Below, in pieces: positions 1 through 13,000 of a stretch of 64,000 nt of DNA. The stretch is from Lingula anatina (taxonomy: Eukaryota > Animalia > Brachiopoda): NCBI GenBank assembly GCA_051362555.1, contig CM120643.1:26478848-26542847 (forward strand). The letters run 5' to 3'. The notes under the pieces are model-generated. The model ran no database searches. It was given only the letters and a program-made list of their open reading frames with translations, and was not told the DNA's origin. A program made the position numbers and the translations under genes. Positions within the stretch are counted from its first letter, which is position 1, and each line of letters starts with the position of its first letter.

Positions 1-1569
1 AATTTCAAGGTCAACACTGCCCGAATTTGCCTCCAGAACACCAACATTATCATGGAAAATATATTTCTCGTTAATTCTGCCTAAGTAAGCCATTATTTAT
101 AATGCATACAGGATATTTTGACAGGTATGTGTTGGACACTGTATGGACTAAAGGGACCCCTACTGGACTTGAGATGTCTCATGGTGTGGATGCCATTGAC
201 AACACACTGTCCACAAAATTCATGTCATTTACTTCCAAGTATTTTTTTTTTTTACAACTGTCAAATGGTTACTTCATTCTTTTTATTCCAACTTTTTGGG
301 AGGTTGGGGGAATAATGAAGAGTCAAAAGGGAAGAAGGCATGTTAAAAATCTCATGTCTACAAGCCTACAAATCATCTTTTTACTCGTTACACAATGTCA
401 TAAAAACTTCTTCACTTTAAATCACTGATGAGAACACCTTGGCATGCAGTATATGATCTTACTGGCAGACAACAATATATATATACTGACAATCCCCACA
501 GTTAGATAATAAAATACAGCCCATAGTATAAACACACATCTCAATACATGATGCATTCCTACCAGACTTAATCCACAATGCCTGTCAGGGGGAGGTAAAC
601 AAACAATTGCACTTGGAATTCTGAGGTCAATCCGCCACAATTCTGTGTAAACACGCCTCTCAGGCTGTGTAGGATAGTGAATCAATATCAACATAGACAG
701 ATTCAAAATACCTAAATTTGGTGATAGTGTCAATAATTACACTAGAGGATCAGAGAGGCGATACCGCCTCCTGGTATTGTACCACCAGCTGGAGTAAGCG
801 CATTCGTATGGGAAGGAAAAAGAAGGGGGAGGGGTTGACAAGCTGTATAAAATGCAGTAAACAAGGGTTAACATTTTACATAGATAATTTTTTTTTTAAA
901 TCAGGTGGGCAAAAGTAAAAGGTCAAATACAAGGATGTAGTATCATTGTGAATGTAGGATTTCCTCACTAACTGTGATGGAAACAATATTTGAAATTTTG
1001 TTTATATTTGGGTTAAACCGTGCTGCCTTTTATTCTGTAGTTGATATTGGCCTACATGGGCAACATCGTATATTCTTTATTTTTGTGCTTGTTTGTATCA
1101 TATATATTAATGAAAATTTAAAAATGGGTTGATGCAGCTGTTTTGACATTTAAAATAATTAGAATATCAAAACTGGGAGAGAAATTATAATTTAGGAAAT
1201 TGAATCCACCCAAAAAGTGAAAAGCTTGTTTGGGTAGTGCTGAAAAAAAAAAGATAAACAACAAAATATAGTTGAATCTGCGTGATGCGCCAAAATCCTT
1301 GGCAACGAATGCCTTGACGACCAGGAAGAAAGGCATCGAAAGCCCTATTGACAAGCACAGTTTTTAGTTTTACTACAATAACAGCTGTTTTAGTGGTGAA
1401 ATGCAGTATAATATATTTCAGTTTGTTGTTTAGAATGTATTTCTTGCGGAATTTTGAATCTCAAAGGAAGAGTTATTATTGCTTTAAATGTACACATGTA
1501 CAGCTGACCAAATGGGTACTAATGTCAAACTAATCATGCATTAAAGCAAGTATATCTATATATAACTGC

Positions 1570-1572
<3 letters not shown>

Positions 1573-1652
<80 letters not shown>
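1573..1652. repeat. (AT)n microsatellite
   Basis: About 40 perfect AT units. Confidence 0.97.
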
Positions 1653-1655
<3 letters not shown>

Positions 1656-1699
1656 GGCAATCAGTTGGCTTTTGTGGAAAAAAAACTGCGTATTCATGC

Positions 1700-2960
1700 A
1701 TCTGTAGGGTGGGAAAATTTGCAAACTATAGTTCATGGTGAAAAATAGGTCAAAGGTCAATTTCAAAGTAAAAGTTTCCCAGTATATAACTTCCTATTCA
1801 AGATCAATAGCAACTATTGCCAGTTTTGGAGATATAAGGGAGGGATTTTTTTTTAGTGCAGTTCATTATGAAAAGTAGGTCACAGATCAATTTGAAGGTC
1901 AGAGTTAGACTGCCAGTGAAAAGAAGGTCAAAGGCTAATTTCCAAGTTACAGTAAGACCCCATTTCCACAGATTATAGATCGATCTATCCCCATGGGGAG
2001 TCTCACTAGATTACTGTCAGCATAGCTGGCTTAAATGCCTGTCCTGCCTACTAAAAGCTGTAAGGGAATAATTAAATTCCGTGTGCGGTCGGCTAACTGC
2101 AGGGAGTTAGGTCGATCAAGTAAGATCGATCTTAATCTCTGGGAATGCGCTCTAAGATTGTCAGTATATCACTTCCTATTCAAGTTCAATGGTAACTATG
2201 GGTGTATCTCTGCTAGTTTTGATGATATAATTAAGGACCAGAAAACTTGCAAAGTGAAGTTCATCATGAAAAGTAGGTCAAAGGTCAATATCAAGGTCAC
2301 AGTTAGATTGCTAGTTAATGACTTTCTATTCAAATTCTATGGGCGTATCTCTGCTAATTTTGGGAGTGTTTTTTCATTTTATGTTAACTATTGAATATTG
2401 CATTGTTGTACTATTTAATAAAGTGCAACTCCTAAACCGTATGGAAAATAAGAAAATGGACACCACCTCCAGTATTGTGCTTGACAAGCTGTACTAAATG
2501 CAAAAAACAAGACGTCTCTAGTGTAAACAGTTCCACAATTACAGAGTTTTTAGTTTTGGCATCAAATGACTGCTTCTCCGGTGAAAATGCACCGATTGAC
2601 CCCAAACCCATGAAGATGAAGGGAGTCCCTAAATAGTAGTCCCCACTGTAATATGAAAGCTTAGGTCTGTGTAGTTTCTGAAAATTGGCACAAACAATTC
2701 TTTTTTTACAGAAAATTCCCATTTTTAGAAAATTTTGGCCTGTTTGACCTTGAAATAAAGGTCAAATGTCAAATCCAAGGGCATATTTGGAAACTCCATA
2801 TATGACTTTTGGTCAGACCTCTATAGTAACTTTTTCCATAATTCCTTCAGTTTGGGAGATATTTAGCATCAAATTTTCAAAAATTTTGACAAGGGTGCAT
2901 TTCAGTGAGCGTCACACCCAGACCAATGCACTAACTGAGACAAAAATACCAGGGGGTTCA
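1700..2960. repeat. Old degenerate interspersed repeat rich in AAGGTCA/TGACCTT, with tandem units
   Basis: Recurrent gttcat.atgaaaagtaggtcaaaggtcaat.tcaaggtcacagttagattgc.agt...ttcctattcaag units at about 1730, 1860 and 2260; tgaccttgaaataaaggtcaa at about 2745. Confidence 0.6.
1956..2152. mobile_element. PIF/Harbinger (Tourist-like) MITE, family A, copy 1
   Basis: TAA on both flanks (1953-1955, 2153-2155); imperfect TIRs catttccacagatt / aatctctgggaatg; homologous to 37874-38098. Confidence 0.75.
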
Positions 2961-2974
2961 AGTTGAGATTATAT

Positions 2975-3160
2975 GTGACCTAAATCCAAGAGATGGGGAC
3001 ACAGGTCCCTGCGGTCTAGGAGGAGAAGCGGTAACGGTGACTTGTTTCCGGCGCCCGACTGCGGAGCCGCAGGAGCCGGCGGAGCCGGCGGAGCTGTACG
3101 AGACGGGCCGGGACTAAAACCATGAGTACCGCCAGCGTATACGCTGGTGGTACTAATAAA
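2975..3160 (+). mobile_element. GC-rich HINE-like 3' end
   Basis: (GGAGCCGGC)n microsatellite followed by hairpin AGTACCGCCAGCGT-AT-ACGCTGGTGGTACT and AATAAAA. Confidence 0.55.
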
Positions 3161-3865
3161 ATGTTGGAATGTATACTGTATAATGCTAAGTGATGCTATC
3201 CCTTCTACAGGACACAAAATTAAATATCATTTGTAATTGACAAGAATTCAGTAGTGAAAGAATTTTGTTCAAACATGTTCTGTGAAGAACAAATTTTGAA
3301 ATTGGTTTATGTTAAAAAGTATGGGGAAAATATTTTTCCTTTTTTTAAATAGAATGTTATAAACATGACATGGACAAAGATTTCCGAAATCTTCAGAGCA
3401 GTTTTTCTAAACTAAAGAAACTAAAGAAAAGCTGTGTGTGAAAACTTACTCAGGAGCAAGTGTCCACTTTTTATCATTGCAACAAAAATGGCAGAAATTT
3501 TAATTCAACAACTGTGACGAGTTTGACAACTGCAACATTACATGCGATATTCTGCATGACAAAGAAGGGACGTAAAAAACACTTAAATACTGACACTTCC
3601 GATACCTTCTAGACAGCTGCTGAGGGCAAACTTTCAATAAATCCTTTTTTTTTCAATTTAATCAGTTGATAAATCAACCCAACTGCAAACTTTCTTTGTT
3701 GGTCATCCAACTTTATGCATAAACTAAAATCATTTGCATATGCTGAACTTTCATCAAATTAGATACACGACAGCCAGTCACTCATAAAGTGCAATAAATG
3801 AAGATCCACTTACATGTAATCAATATTGCCAAACATGGTTTCTCAAACATTTTAGTGTTTTAGTT

Positions 3866-3908
<43 letters not shown>
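3866..3908. repeat. (TG)n(AG)n compound microsatellite
   Basis: Directly visible. Confidence 0.93.
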
Positions 3909-4257
3909 TTAAAAGTGGTGCTAAAAATACAACAGTTAATAACATGGTTAAACATCTATTCTATTATCTTCCCATCTTCTCCTTAATGAAGACAAAGCAT
4001 TGTCTCCATGCCTTTAGACACTCACCAGATGTTGGGGAATTTAAAAAGATATTACACTGTGCACTGTCAAGGCAATTATTAGTTCTCACCATCACTTTCC
4101 AATACTTGATGAGACTACCAGCAGCTGGCGTTGTGTGTTATCATCGCTTTATGTCTGTCATTTTTAAAGGTAAAGCGTTGGTCCGTTGGTCCAGTCGGTT
4201 TTTATCTATTTTTTTTCTCCAAAATACATGTCTCTTGTTACTGTTCAGGACTAAGAT

Positions 4258-4259
<2 letters not shown>

Positions 4260-4304
<45 letters not shown>
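4260..4304. repeat. (GT)n microsatellite
   Basis: Directly visible. Confidence 0.95.
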
Positions 4305-4306
<2 letters not shown>

Positions 4307-4481
4307 CATGTGCACATGTGTTTGAGAGAGAGACGGAAACAGAGACATTGTATGTGTGTGTATACATGTGCGTGAGTCCACGCATACATGACGCACATGT
4401 GCTAGTACAGCGACATTCTCTGACCATCTGCAAAATATTCTAGCTCTTTATCCCACACTCTCAAATTCACATCTCCTCACT

Positions 4482-4482
<1 letters not shown>

Positions 4483-4525
<43 letters not shown>
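4483..4525. repeat. poly(A) tract
   Basis: More than 40 A; similar tracts at about 24341, 34684 and 40760-40802. Confidence 0.9.
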
Positions 4526-4530
<5 letters not shown>

Positions 4531-7500
4531 GATCTACAAAAAATAGCAACCTCAGACAACCTTTTGTGGATGAAAAAATTTCACCCAAGATACAGGATCT
4601 AATAACAGCAGGCGAATATTCGTGACCATTTCAGGAGCACAGACATCTTCGTCACAACTGTCACCTGTGAATGAGTGGAAGGTCTCAAGCATTTTGTATT
4701 TTAATAAGGATCAGTTTCCCCTATCGTGTGCTGTCACATTTCAATACCGACAGATCACTTGGCATTCTATGTCATTTAAAATGAGGATAATAATCTTTCA
4801 CGCATTGTCGCCTTTCAATACTGAGAAAGAACTCTGCATTCTGTGTCATCTCATATGGATAAGTGTTTTTTTTTTCTCCCTCAATAATCTGGCACTTTCA
4901 AACACATGATAGGATCCCTGAATTCAGTGTCATCTTATAAGAACATGTATCACTCTTCTATTCTATCTCTTAAAATATCTTTCACACATTGCTGCTTTTC
5001 AATACAAAGATAAAATCTTATAGGGATAGGCAATATTCTCTTACGTTCTAACACTTAAAAATACTAGTATATAATAATAAATATAAAGGATAGGTGTTAT
5101 TCCCTGATATAATGTCACCCTTCAATGTGAGTTAGAACTTAGCATTCTGTGTGACTGTGCTGAGTGTTACAATAGAGCAACTAACTGTCGTTGCCGACAG
5201 CATGTGGAGTTGTTTTAAGAGAAAAGATCACCCCTGGCTGCACCTTACAACATAATTCTGGTCACAGACACCTAACTGTATTACTACCAAAGCCACATTC
5301 ACAACAGCAAACTAACTAGTCTGTGGATCAAATATGGCTGACCAAGGTGCAATGCTTCACTTGACCACATGCTACTAATGCCTCATCATGGGCCAAAACA
5401 GACTACAAAGCTAGTCTTAAACTAAAGACCATCTTGACTAGAACCCTTTCCGTAGAACCAGCCCCTGTTTACAGACTGTCTAACAGAAGAAAGGAGACGA
5501 GGAGGTCAAGGTGTCTCCAGCAAAGAGTCAGGTGTCACAGGTTGATCTGCCTTAATACAGCAGAATGGGTGACCCACTTAACCTCACACTTAGTACAGGG
5601 ACACCTGACGCTGGAAAAGAGGCGTCTGGAAGTCAATAATATCCTAATATGAGACGAGGCGGGGCATCCGTGTCATTGGTATGGACTGACTTCATGATCA
5701 TCATTATGAATTAACCTGCCCAACCCAGCTAAGAACACATATCATGTTTAAGAGATTCCTTTTGAATTATTTCCTTGAGTTACATAAAATGAAGAGCAGG
5801 TTAAGGTTTTTGAAGCCCTCTTACAAATAGTACTGAATAACATTGGCAAAATAGACTGTCTCCAAACCTCATTATTTGCATTCCTACATAAGAAATATTA
5901 ACTGATAACATCATGTATACTATCTACTTGACTTGTCAACAAATTAAACAAGGTACATTTTTTCAAAGTCCTGTTTATGTATTAGCAGCATTCTTTTTTT
6001 TACCAAGCACCGAGTGACTGGGGAAACAGACTCATAGTTTGTATTCTTGCATAAGGAACAGCAACCAACTAATAACATTATCTGTTTGACTTATGAACTA
6101 AATGGGTGCATTTTTAAGCCTTGCTTTAATCATAAACAACAAGGAGTCTTTCTTTACTGAAGTACTGAATAACTCTGAGAAGAGAGACTTCCATCAGAGC
6201 TTATTACTTGCATTTTTGCATAAGAAACAGTCACCAGCCAACATAATTACACAGGGAACAAAAGCCCTGTCTACATACAAAACTGACCCTTAACATAATC
6301 AAGGCCTGGAATATGAATACTACAAATGGCAGATTGAAATATTAGGAGAAAAATGTCACAGGTAATCCCTCACCGAGACTACAAGAGGTAATAAATTATA
6401 AAACAACAAACGCGCATCTCTCCTCTGCAGCAAGTTTCTCTGATGTGGCAGAGAGCACCAAATGAACCCTGCGATCTTCACCACGAGATTCAGGTTCAGA
6501 TGGCATCTTCAATTAGTCTTCTGATACTGGTATTATATGCCTCTATATGATGGGTTCCAATTGAAATTAAATGACCCCAATATACATTGATGCGGCAATA
6601 TCATTTTCAAATGTAATTTGAAATAAATGCTATTTAATTTGAAGTATAATGTGCACTGGAGTATCTCTGCCATAATTTGACAACCATCATCAGAAATTTC
6701 CCATCTCTCTCTTCATAACTGGTTTCTAATTTGCCATAAAAATATATTTAAAAAAAGGTTATTTTTTAAAAACAGGCATCTCTGCCATCTTTTGAAACAT
6801 CATTCTTTGATAACAGGGATATGTTTTTTTTCTGGTTTCTCACTTAAAATGACTTGTATAGAAACAGAAAAAAAGGTATTAAGAAAATGGTGATTCTCTT
6901 TCATAAAACATCACATTAATGTAGTAATATTCAGGTCATGTTAAAAGGATAATGTGACATTTAATGATCCCCTTGGAAATGAGTTTTTCAATTTTGGAAT
7001 GATTATGCTATTCTGATACAATATTCGTCATAATGAGGTTTTCAATTTCAGTGCCACTTGTAACATTGCATGAAATTTGCCATTTGGGTGTTATGTGAAA
7101 ATGAGAATTTCAAGTGTTAAATAAATAACAACAGCAAAATTCTTCCTAATTTATTGAACTAAAAATGGGAGTTTCAAGGGTTTAATACATAACAATCCAA
7201 TAAAACTTCAAAACTCTTCACAAGATCATAAGGATTAAGTATTTGCATTGTTGTATTATGAAAAGCGACCACCCAGTCCCAAATAGTACCAATTCTCTTT
7301 ATGCAAGATACTTCATGATTTCTCTCATAAAAACTGGAGATTGAAGTGTTAAATCAAGATTTATGCAACAATACAGCTAAGGTTTTTAACAGTCAATACA
7401 TTCACATCTTTTAAAGTACACAAAATCCTAACAGTAAGAACAACCCAGATTGCCAGCGCTAGTTCACTCTGATCATGCATTCAAGACATGACATCTTGTG

Positions 7501-9793
7501 AAACACCAGACCAAGCAAGATGCCCAAACCGCAGACAAAACAATTTTTTTCCGTCCCCCATTATCCGCCTTCCACTAGTATGTGATTTGGCTTGATAAAC
7601 GGTCATTATCTGCCTCTCTGCCATTGTTATACAACAGTTTAATGGCTCATACAATGGGATGAATTGTTGATGATATGCCTTTAGGGCATTTAACTCTTTT
7701 TTTTTTCCATTCAGACCTGAGGAAAAGAAAAAAACATCTCTGTGCTTCGCCTCTGCTCACTCCCTACATTGCAAAACTGGTTCTCTATCTTTCCAGACAG
7801 CAGTTAAAATATCTCCATTTTGATGCATACCCTTTTCAAAGCTGCATATTTATCAAAGTAAGATTAAAATAAATAAATGCATGCATAATGTATCAAAAAA
7901 GAATTTAACAGCAATAATTCACTTTAATATTTTTAAAAACTACCATTATTATTGAACATGAAAAACAGCACAAAAATTAAATTGAACATTTTGCAATAAC
8001 AGCAATCACCACTCAGACAGTTTCAGCATTCAAAACGAGCTGCCAGATGCTGCTGCCTCCTTTGCTCTCCACCATTCACCCTCATGATGTGATATTTCAG
8101 CCATCGTCTGTCAATTATTGACTTGGGAAGTTTATTTCTTGCCATAACAGGCAGTAAAGCATGTGTTCTCCCAGTTAAAGCAGCGTGCACTGTCACTCAA
8201 AGGAAGCGTAACCTTTTTTCCAGTGAGGCAAGACTTGAAAGATGTGAAGGTGTATTACAGAGCTTTCCTCCTCTTTTTTTCTCTTTGTACAGTAAAAAAG
8301 AGATAGTATTTATAAAGGGGCTAACCTAGATCAGAAAACAGTACTGTATAAGACTGTGTACAACTGGGAGAAACCTTTCCATATAATGCTGCCCATATAA
8401 TGATGCCTATCTAAGACCTTGTTTGCAAAAGGGCTAACATAGACAGTAAAAGAGACCAAATGATGTCAGATTATAGCAGAACCACCAACATGCCTCCTAT
8501 CGTGATATATTTATAACAAGATAGCATACTGAGATGTGTCGGCCTAACTTGAAATGAAACACGACTTAGGTTTGTCAGATAGCAAACATAGCAAAGTTTG
8601 GTTGCAGTTTTCTTCACTCATTATGAACAGATGATACAGTGGCACAAGTGTGGCTATTTTTTCTCCTTTTTTCCATGACTCACTCTAGCCCTCTACCAGC
8701 TCTGTTCACCCTGAGTTTCAGATATTACAGGAACCTCACCCTGGTTATCAGCATGTCTCTGCCACTGCCAAAAGCCTTTGAAACTCAGGGTGTCCCCCTG
8801 ATGATGAGGATGATGATGATGAAAGCTATCCTTCATTATAACAATATAAAAGTGCTGAAATACTGGGAGAAATGCAAAGGTCCATTGGACCATGAAGTTG
8901 GTATGGCAGTTATGGCATCTCTGTGCTCACTTTAGTAAGATTGTTCTCCATTCCTGCTGCATACATAAGTATACAATAAATGGAGTAAGTTCAGAGTATG
9001 TTCCCTACTCGAGCAATTATTGAACATGCACCTGTTCCAATTTCCACTTTAGGATAAAATTTCCTGCATCCTATTATCTGAATTATTTAAGCCATATCAG
9101 AAAACTGAATTAAGTCAATATGAATATTTGATGAAAAATGGGACGAAATTGAAATTAGTTAGACAATTTGGCTCAAATTTACTATGCTGAGCTGCAGCCA
9201 GCTATTTATATGGTTGATTGCAATGTAAATACATAAATACACAATATTAGAGCAAAAAACAGTCAAGTCGGGTAAAAAATCTTTACAATTTTTACAGACT
9301 GCAGCAGATTAGAGATTTCTATTTTGAAGAAACGTGGCTGCTGCCTTCCAAGAACCTTAAATAACCTGCAGTAAAAAATGAACTTCTGCCTTTCTAATTT
9401 TGGCAGCAGTGGTGGTTTACTCATTCTCATGTAGATTTAACAAAGCACATGCAATAAACATGGAGACAGATGAACTTCCTTCTACCTCTGAAGCTACAGA
9501 TAAATGGGATAATACTGGTAAAACACTCCTCTGATGTTCCCAAGTACCTTGCACCAAATTTACAAGGATCTTCCACTTGAAAATTCATTTTAAACGGACA
9601 AACATAAACAAAACACACAAATCAGTTAAAAACATAAACAACACACCTATGGGGCCTTTTAAACAAGATGTAGTAAAGGGAAAATAACCCCTGGCTTGAC
9701 ATTAAAAAGATACCTGGCTGATGTTGGTGGGGATCTAGAACCAGTGGACCAGACTAAACAAACAGGGCCACCTGTACTACTTCTAACACCCCA

Positions 9794-10065
9794 TGGGCCT
9801 GCTCTCACAAAGTGGCTTTAAACCGAAAGTTGGTCCTTACTTCTAAGCTGAAAAGTTTGGTCTACTTCAGTTCAGTACAAGTCCGAAGTAGTCCACAGAA
9901 AAACAAAGCTACTGTTGGCCACTTCCTTATTTTTCATCAAACAGGATTAATATTTCATTTACGGAGACCACTACCCATTTTCTCACTTCAAAAGTAGACT
10001 TTAATTTTTGGTATTGAAGTTTAAACCACCTTTCAGTCTTAAGTTCTTGAGTGAATCCAGCCCCA
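9794..10065. mobile_element. Degenerate MITE family B (GGGCCTG..CAC termini, Harbinger-like)
   Basis: Imperfect inverted arms (gaaagttggtc, agtttggtctact / agtagact, ctttcagtcttaag); related to 30774-31043. Confidence 0.55.
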
Positions 10066-13000
10066 GGACTTCCACACAGACACATCCCAGATAAACAAAA
10101 CAACTGTGTCTGGATGTTTACTAATTTCCACAATACTTTGTACAAAATTTACAAAATGTTCAACTCCTATGGTTTTGAGACCACGAAGAATACAAAATCC
10201 AAAATATGTTTTAGTAAATATTCACTGTTGCTATGGTGATAGCTTAAAACAAAACTGACATTTTAATAACACTTTCTAACAATCCACCCACACTTAAAAC
10301 AAAACGTCACATTACAGCTTATGCAGTATAGGATAAAAAAAAAAATCTGTCACAAAAAGTTTTTGGACACCTATCTACAAGGGCCTGGAAAAACAGTTAA
10401 ATATTTTGGATAGCCTTTCAACAAAATCCTGTCTAAGAACTGCATTATCGTTAGCAAAAATACATGATGTTATTCATTTTTGAGTAAAGTAACACCCAAA
10501 AGAGCCATCCATCACAGAGAAATGGCCACAGATGTGTTCAGAGCAGAACAAAGCTGGCATCAGAACAAAGTGCATGCCTCCAGAGACCTCTGGTATGTCT
10601 GAATCTGACCTCAGGAGACCACTCCCGTCTGGAGAGGACACCAGCTGTCCATCCCAGTCAGTTAACTGTGCAGTAGCTGCATCTTAAAATACTCATTTCA
10701 CTGTATTTCTTTCTTTCTTGTTGTAATTTACAAACATACACATAAGTTTACTACTAGTATGACAAATAATCTTTCTCATGAAGAATTCTGCTGGATACTA
10801 AAATATCGAAATTACCAATCTACAAAAATACTAGAAAGATTTTACTGTAGTCCAGTGACAATGTTTCACATTTTATCAATATGTCTGTTGAAACTGAAAC
10901 AAGACTTGACCATTTCTAATGGCTTTGCCACTGACATCATTCTCATTTCAAAATGGTGAACCATTTCAAACTTTACTCAATGTCATCACTCACTTCACAA
11001 AAGGCCCTCATACTTCTTGTACAACAAATTGCTCACTAAGTCAACTTTCACTTCACTCAGCAAAACAAATGACACACATCAAAAACTTCCCTTTTTTGCT
11101 TCTTGGATGAAAAATAACTACACTGCCCCAGGCTGACAATGCAAACAGTGTACCCTTTTTTGTTTTTTTCTGACAAAACTGCCTGATAATTTAGATTTAT
11201 TTTCCTTTTTGGCAGTAAGCTGTGAAATTACATATATCTGTGTACTTTAGCAGGCTTCCATATTGACATATAGACAGGGAACAAGTACATTTATCATACT
11301 ACAAACATCATGGCAGTGCATTCAAGTGTGCCTGCTAGTAGGGAAAATGATTAAAATATGTATATATAAATAAATGAAATAAAACAAACCAACAACAACA
11401 AAAAATAAATGTCCCTGGAACTGCTTTCGCATGGCAAATCAAGACCAAAATTTGGGTTACACTTGACTTTTGTTTCTATTCTAGCCCCAGCTAAATCTCC
11501 AGTAAACTAGCAAAAAGAGAAATGACTCATGTTTCAGACCTTTTCATACTTTATTTAAGCGACTATAATATATTTATCCAAAACTGAATACACAAATCTT
11601 TCAGTTCAGAAGTTAACACAAACTTTCTTTTTTCATTTCTTTTGTGAATCATTTCCACCATGAATATTTATTGTCCTTTCAAGAAAGAAAAAAAGAATTA
11701 TTACACACAGCAGGCCTTACGGGAGTTTCCCTCTCAATTTCCCTTCAACAAGAACTTTCCAATGTTAAGATATAAGTGAGTCAAAATCTATTTAAAGCAA
11801 GCAATAGGCCTTAAAATGTTTTGAGACCTCTTCTGGGAGGTGGTGGTCCACAAAATATAATTGCTTAGAACTGTTAAAAGTAGAACTGTTTGAACAATCC
11901 ATATCCTAAATTGCGTCATAAAGTACCAAGTGTTGTATATTTTTCTTTCTTGCTTTCCTTTTTTGGCAATGAACACTGTCTGCATCAACACTTCCTTACA
12001 ATGATAACAAGTGACCTTTCAAACAGGTAAATACTTCACTTCAAAGTGAAAGTTGGAAAGTTAGAAGCCCCAGTAAATTGTGACTAATCACCTACTATAA
12101 AACAGTTCCATTTCCCAGGAATAAAACCAGCACCAAGATGAAGTGCAGATCTGGTGCCAAGTAAAAGTCGAGCACTGCTGAAAGAAATAAACCAATCAGA
12201 AAAAGTAAACTTCACCTGTAAGTCATGTTCAGATCCAGACTAACTTAAGACCAAAACAGGCTGACATCACTAGCTGACCATAAATCCTGACATGGAGCTA
12301 AATATTCTAAAACACAAAAAGGGTGGTCCCTTTGTAATGTGGTCAACTTGCCAGGTTTAAGTTGATTCTGATGGCAATGCAACCACAGTCTCTCAACCAC
12401 CTGCACCAGACCAAAGATAAAGTCAGTGACCTTCAAAATATAAACCAAAGGCATCGTCTTGCATGCTTCCACTAAGACTTTTGCTGGTTAGTTATGTTAA
12501 GTGCAAAAAGTGTGCTACAGATCTAATTTTGCAAGATGAGAGAATAGCTAAAAGAAAACCAGGAACTTTCTCAGACTTTGATGTCATTTGGTAATCTTTC
12601 AAGGTTTAAGTTGGGTACTGATCAAAACACATCCAGTCTATCAACAACCTGCTCAAACTGAAGATGAAGTCATTGAATTTCAATTGATAAATCACAGACT
12701 AGATCTACTAGCCCTTTTCCCCCACATTCCCCTGGTGTGTTATGTGTTAAGTGCTGTTGAAATTGTGTTATCTAATGTTACAAGAGGAGCAGAAGAGGTG
12801 GCCTTATCAAGAACTTCATCAGAATCAGCAAGTGCCCCCAACTCTCAGTCCTATCCTTGGGTGATAAGGAATTATTTGCCATCTACCTACAACATTTTTG
12901 ATCAAATAAATCAGTCTTATATTCATTTTTGTACTTGTCTATGAATTTAGGAGAAGATATTGTCTAGGCCTATTTGATATCCCCAAGGGGTTTATTTCAA

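Noticed and set aside
102-918. ORFs at the left end as candidate MTSS exon 4
   Set aside because: No frame resembles the expected EIGSALTRxCMRH sequence
2969-3217. Pro/Ala-rich ORF (APPAPPAPAAP)
   Set aside because: Derived from the GC-rich microsatellite of a HINE-like end; no splice or homology support
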